Below, one piece after another: positions 63,340 to 64,000 of a stretch of DNA of 64,000 nt. This DNA is from an uncultured Rickettsiales bacterium. Its GTDB lineage: Bacteria; Pseudomonadota; Alphaproteobacteria; Rickettsiales; UBA1997. Where the stretch lies: NCBI GenBank assembly GCA_944391025.1, contig CALXSC010000110.1:2406-66405 (forward strand), written 5' to 3'. Made by a program: the position numbers and the translations under genes. Under the pieces are notes generated by a model, which saw only the letters and a program-made list of their open reading frames with translations, was not told where the DNA came from and made no database searches. Position 1 is the first letter of the stretch. Every line of letters begins with the position of its first letter.

Positions 63340-63600
63340 ATGATTAAATTTGCATTAACTGATATAGAGGATGGAGTTAAAGGATTAGAGATAGGAATAC
63401 AGAATATTCTCGATTATGTTTATGAAAATAATTCTTATATACTATCTTATCCTATTAATTTTGATATAGTTAAAGGAATCTTAAAAGTATTAGAACTTTC
63501 TACGTATAGTGATTATACTGATTTTATTGTAGTACAATATAAAGATGCAAATATTAAAATTAAGTTTGAAGAAAAGCAAGTTATGTTTACAAAACTATAA
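63340..63600 (+). CDS. hypothetical protein (last + strand gene)
   Basis: Track ORF 86 aa. Confidence 0.6.
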   Translation: MIKFALTDIEDGVKGLEIGIQNILDYVYENNSYILSYPINFDIVKGILKVLELSTYSDYTDFIVVQYKDANIKIKFEEKQVMFTKL

Positions 63601-63605
63601 TATAA

Positions 63606-63655
63606 AAGCCGATAGATTATGGAATAATTCCTAGTCTATCGGCTTATTTTTTTTT
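63606..63655 (+). terminator. intrinsic terminator
   Basis: 11-bp stem AAGCCGATAGA/TCTATCGGCTT followed by T10. Confidence 0.75.
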
Positions 63656-63697
63656 AGCCCTTAGGATGTAGCAATACGTTCTAAGGGCTATTTTTTT
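63656..63697 (+). terminator. second tandem terminator
   Basis: 9-bp stem AGCCCTTAG/CTAAGGGCT followed by T7. Confidence 0.7.
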
Positions 63698-63878
63698 AAA
63701 TTATGTAATAAAAATCAGTTCTATTTAATATATCTAAATCCTTAGCTTTACAAGTAAAATCTTTATTCTAAAAGGATAATTCATTATTAGCATAATCCCA
63801 TTTAAAATATCCTTTAAAATTAGGTAATAATCCTATTTTACCTTTCCTGGCTATATTAGATAATTCATTATATGTCAT
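63696..63878 (-). CDS. hypothetical protein on the minus strand with one in-frame TAG
   Basis: Minus-strand ATG 63878; MTYNELSNIARKGKIGLLPNFKGYFKWDYANNELSF-TAG-NKDFTCKAKDLDILNRTDFYYII; TAA at 63698-63696; frame checked. Confidence 0.5.
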
Positions 63879-64000
63879 CTTTCTACTCCAAATGTACCAC
63901 CTTCTCTTTCGTTTCTCCATATATCAGGTTTAACTGCATCTAAAGCTGGTTCTACAGCTCTAAGTCCACCGGATATACTTACAATACCATCCCATATATC
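63875..64000 (-). CDS. 3' end of a minus-strand gene running off the window
   Basis: Open minus-strand frame ...DIWDGIVSISGGLRAVEPALDAVKPDIWRNEREGGTFGVER-TGA overlapping the next ATG (ATGA). Confidence 0.5.
   Translation of the reverse strand, partial: DIWDGIVSISGGLRAVEPALDAVKPDIWRNEREGGTFGVER

Noticed and set aside
1-64000. TGA (or TAA) reassignment, in addition to TAG.
   Set aside because: TGA and TAA sit at the ends of motif-complete genes, often in ATGA or TAATG overlaps. None of the interrupted genes is rescued by reading through TGA or TAA.
1-64000. Prophage or lysogeny signals (integrase, repressor, att sites at tRNA genes).
   Set aside because: No integrase or recombinase motifs were seen in any frame. 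The tRNA genes are internal to phage operons, not at an insertion boundary.

Overview
Strongly AT-rich, gene-dense phage DNA. Apart from one small gene at 9.1-9.3 kb and the last ~300 bp, everything is on the + strand, and many start and stop codons overlap. This looks like the replication and nucleotide-metabolism arm of a large virulent phage.

Recognisable genes:
- DNA replication: split family-A DNA polymerase, DnaB-like helicase, split SF2 helicase, primase-like protein, Sak4-like ATPase, SSB-like protein, ATP-dependent DNA ligase, RNase H.
- Nucleotide metabolism: B12-type (class II-like) ribonucleotide reductase, ThyX, dUTPase.
- Nucleases and phosphatases: PD-(D/E)XK exonuclease, three metallophosphoesterases, two HAD phosphatases, an EEP-family enzyme.
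- Other: a Dps-like protein, a vWA protein, a sigma-70 factor.

TAnnTTTG promoter boxes, A-rich start contexts without Shine-Dalgarno sequences, and the gene content suggest a Bacteroidota host and a crAss-like lineage. That is inference, not something I could verify.

Unusual content:
1. TAG is a sense codon in a scattered subset of genes. One ORF has 13 in-frame TAGs. The big replication genes contain none, and no CUA suppressor tRNA is visible in the window.
2. There are four group I introns with IC3-like cores: in tRNA-Leu(UAA), an amidoligase gene (with an HNH ORF), the SF2 helicase and the DNA polymerase. Several free-standing or decayed homing-endonuclease genes are also present.
3. Of six tRNA or tRNA-like genes, three are structurally abnormal.
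4. A translationally coupled operon encodes two carboxylate-amine ligases, two glutamine-amidotransferase-type enzymes and an unknown protein. Its product is unknown.
5. There is a ~1 kb hairpin-dense non-coding island, and two elements bounded by the same 14-15 bp inverted repeat.
6. An iteron cluster sits next to a winged-helix gene and is a candidate replication origin.

All protein family calls come from motifs read by eye. No database search was possible.
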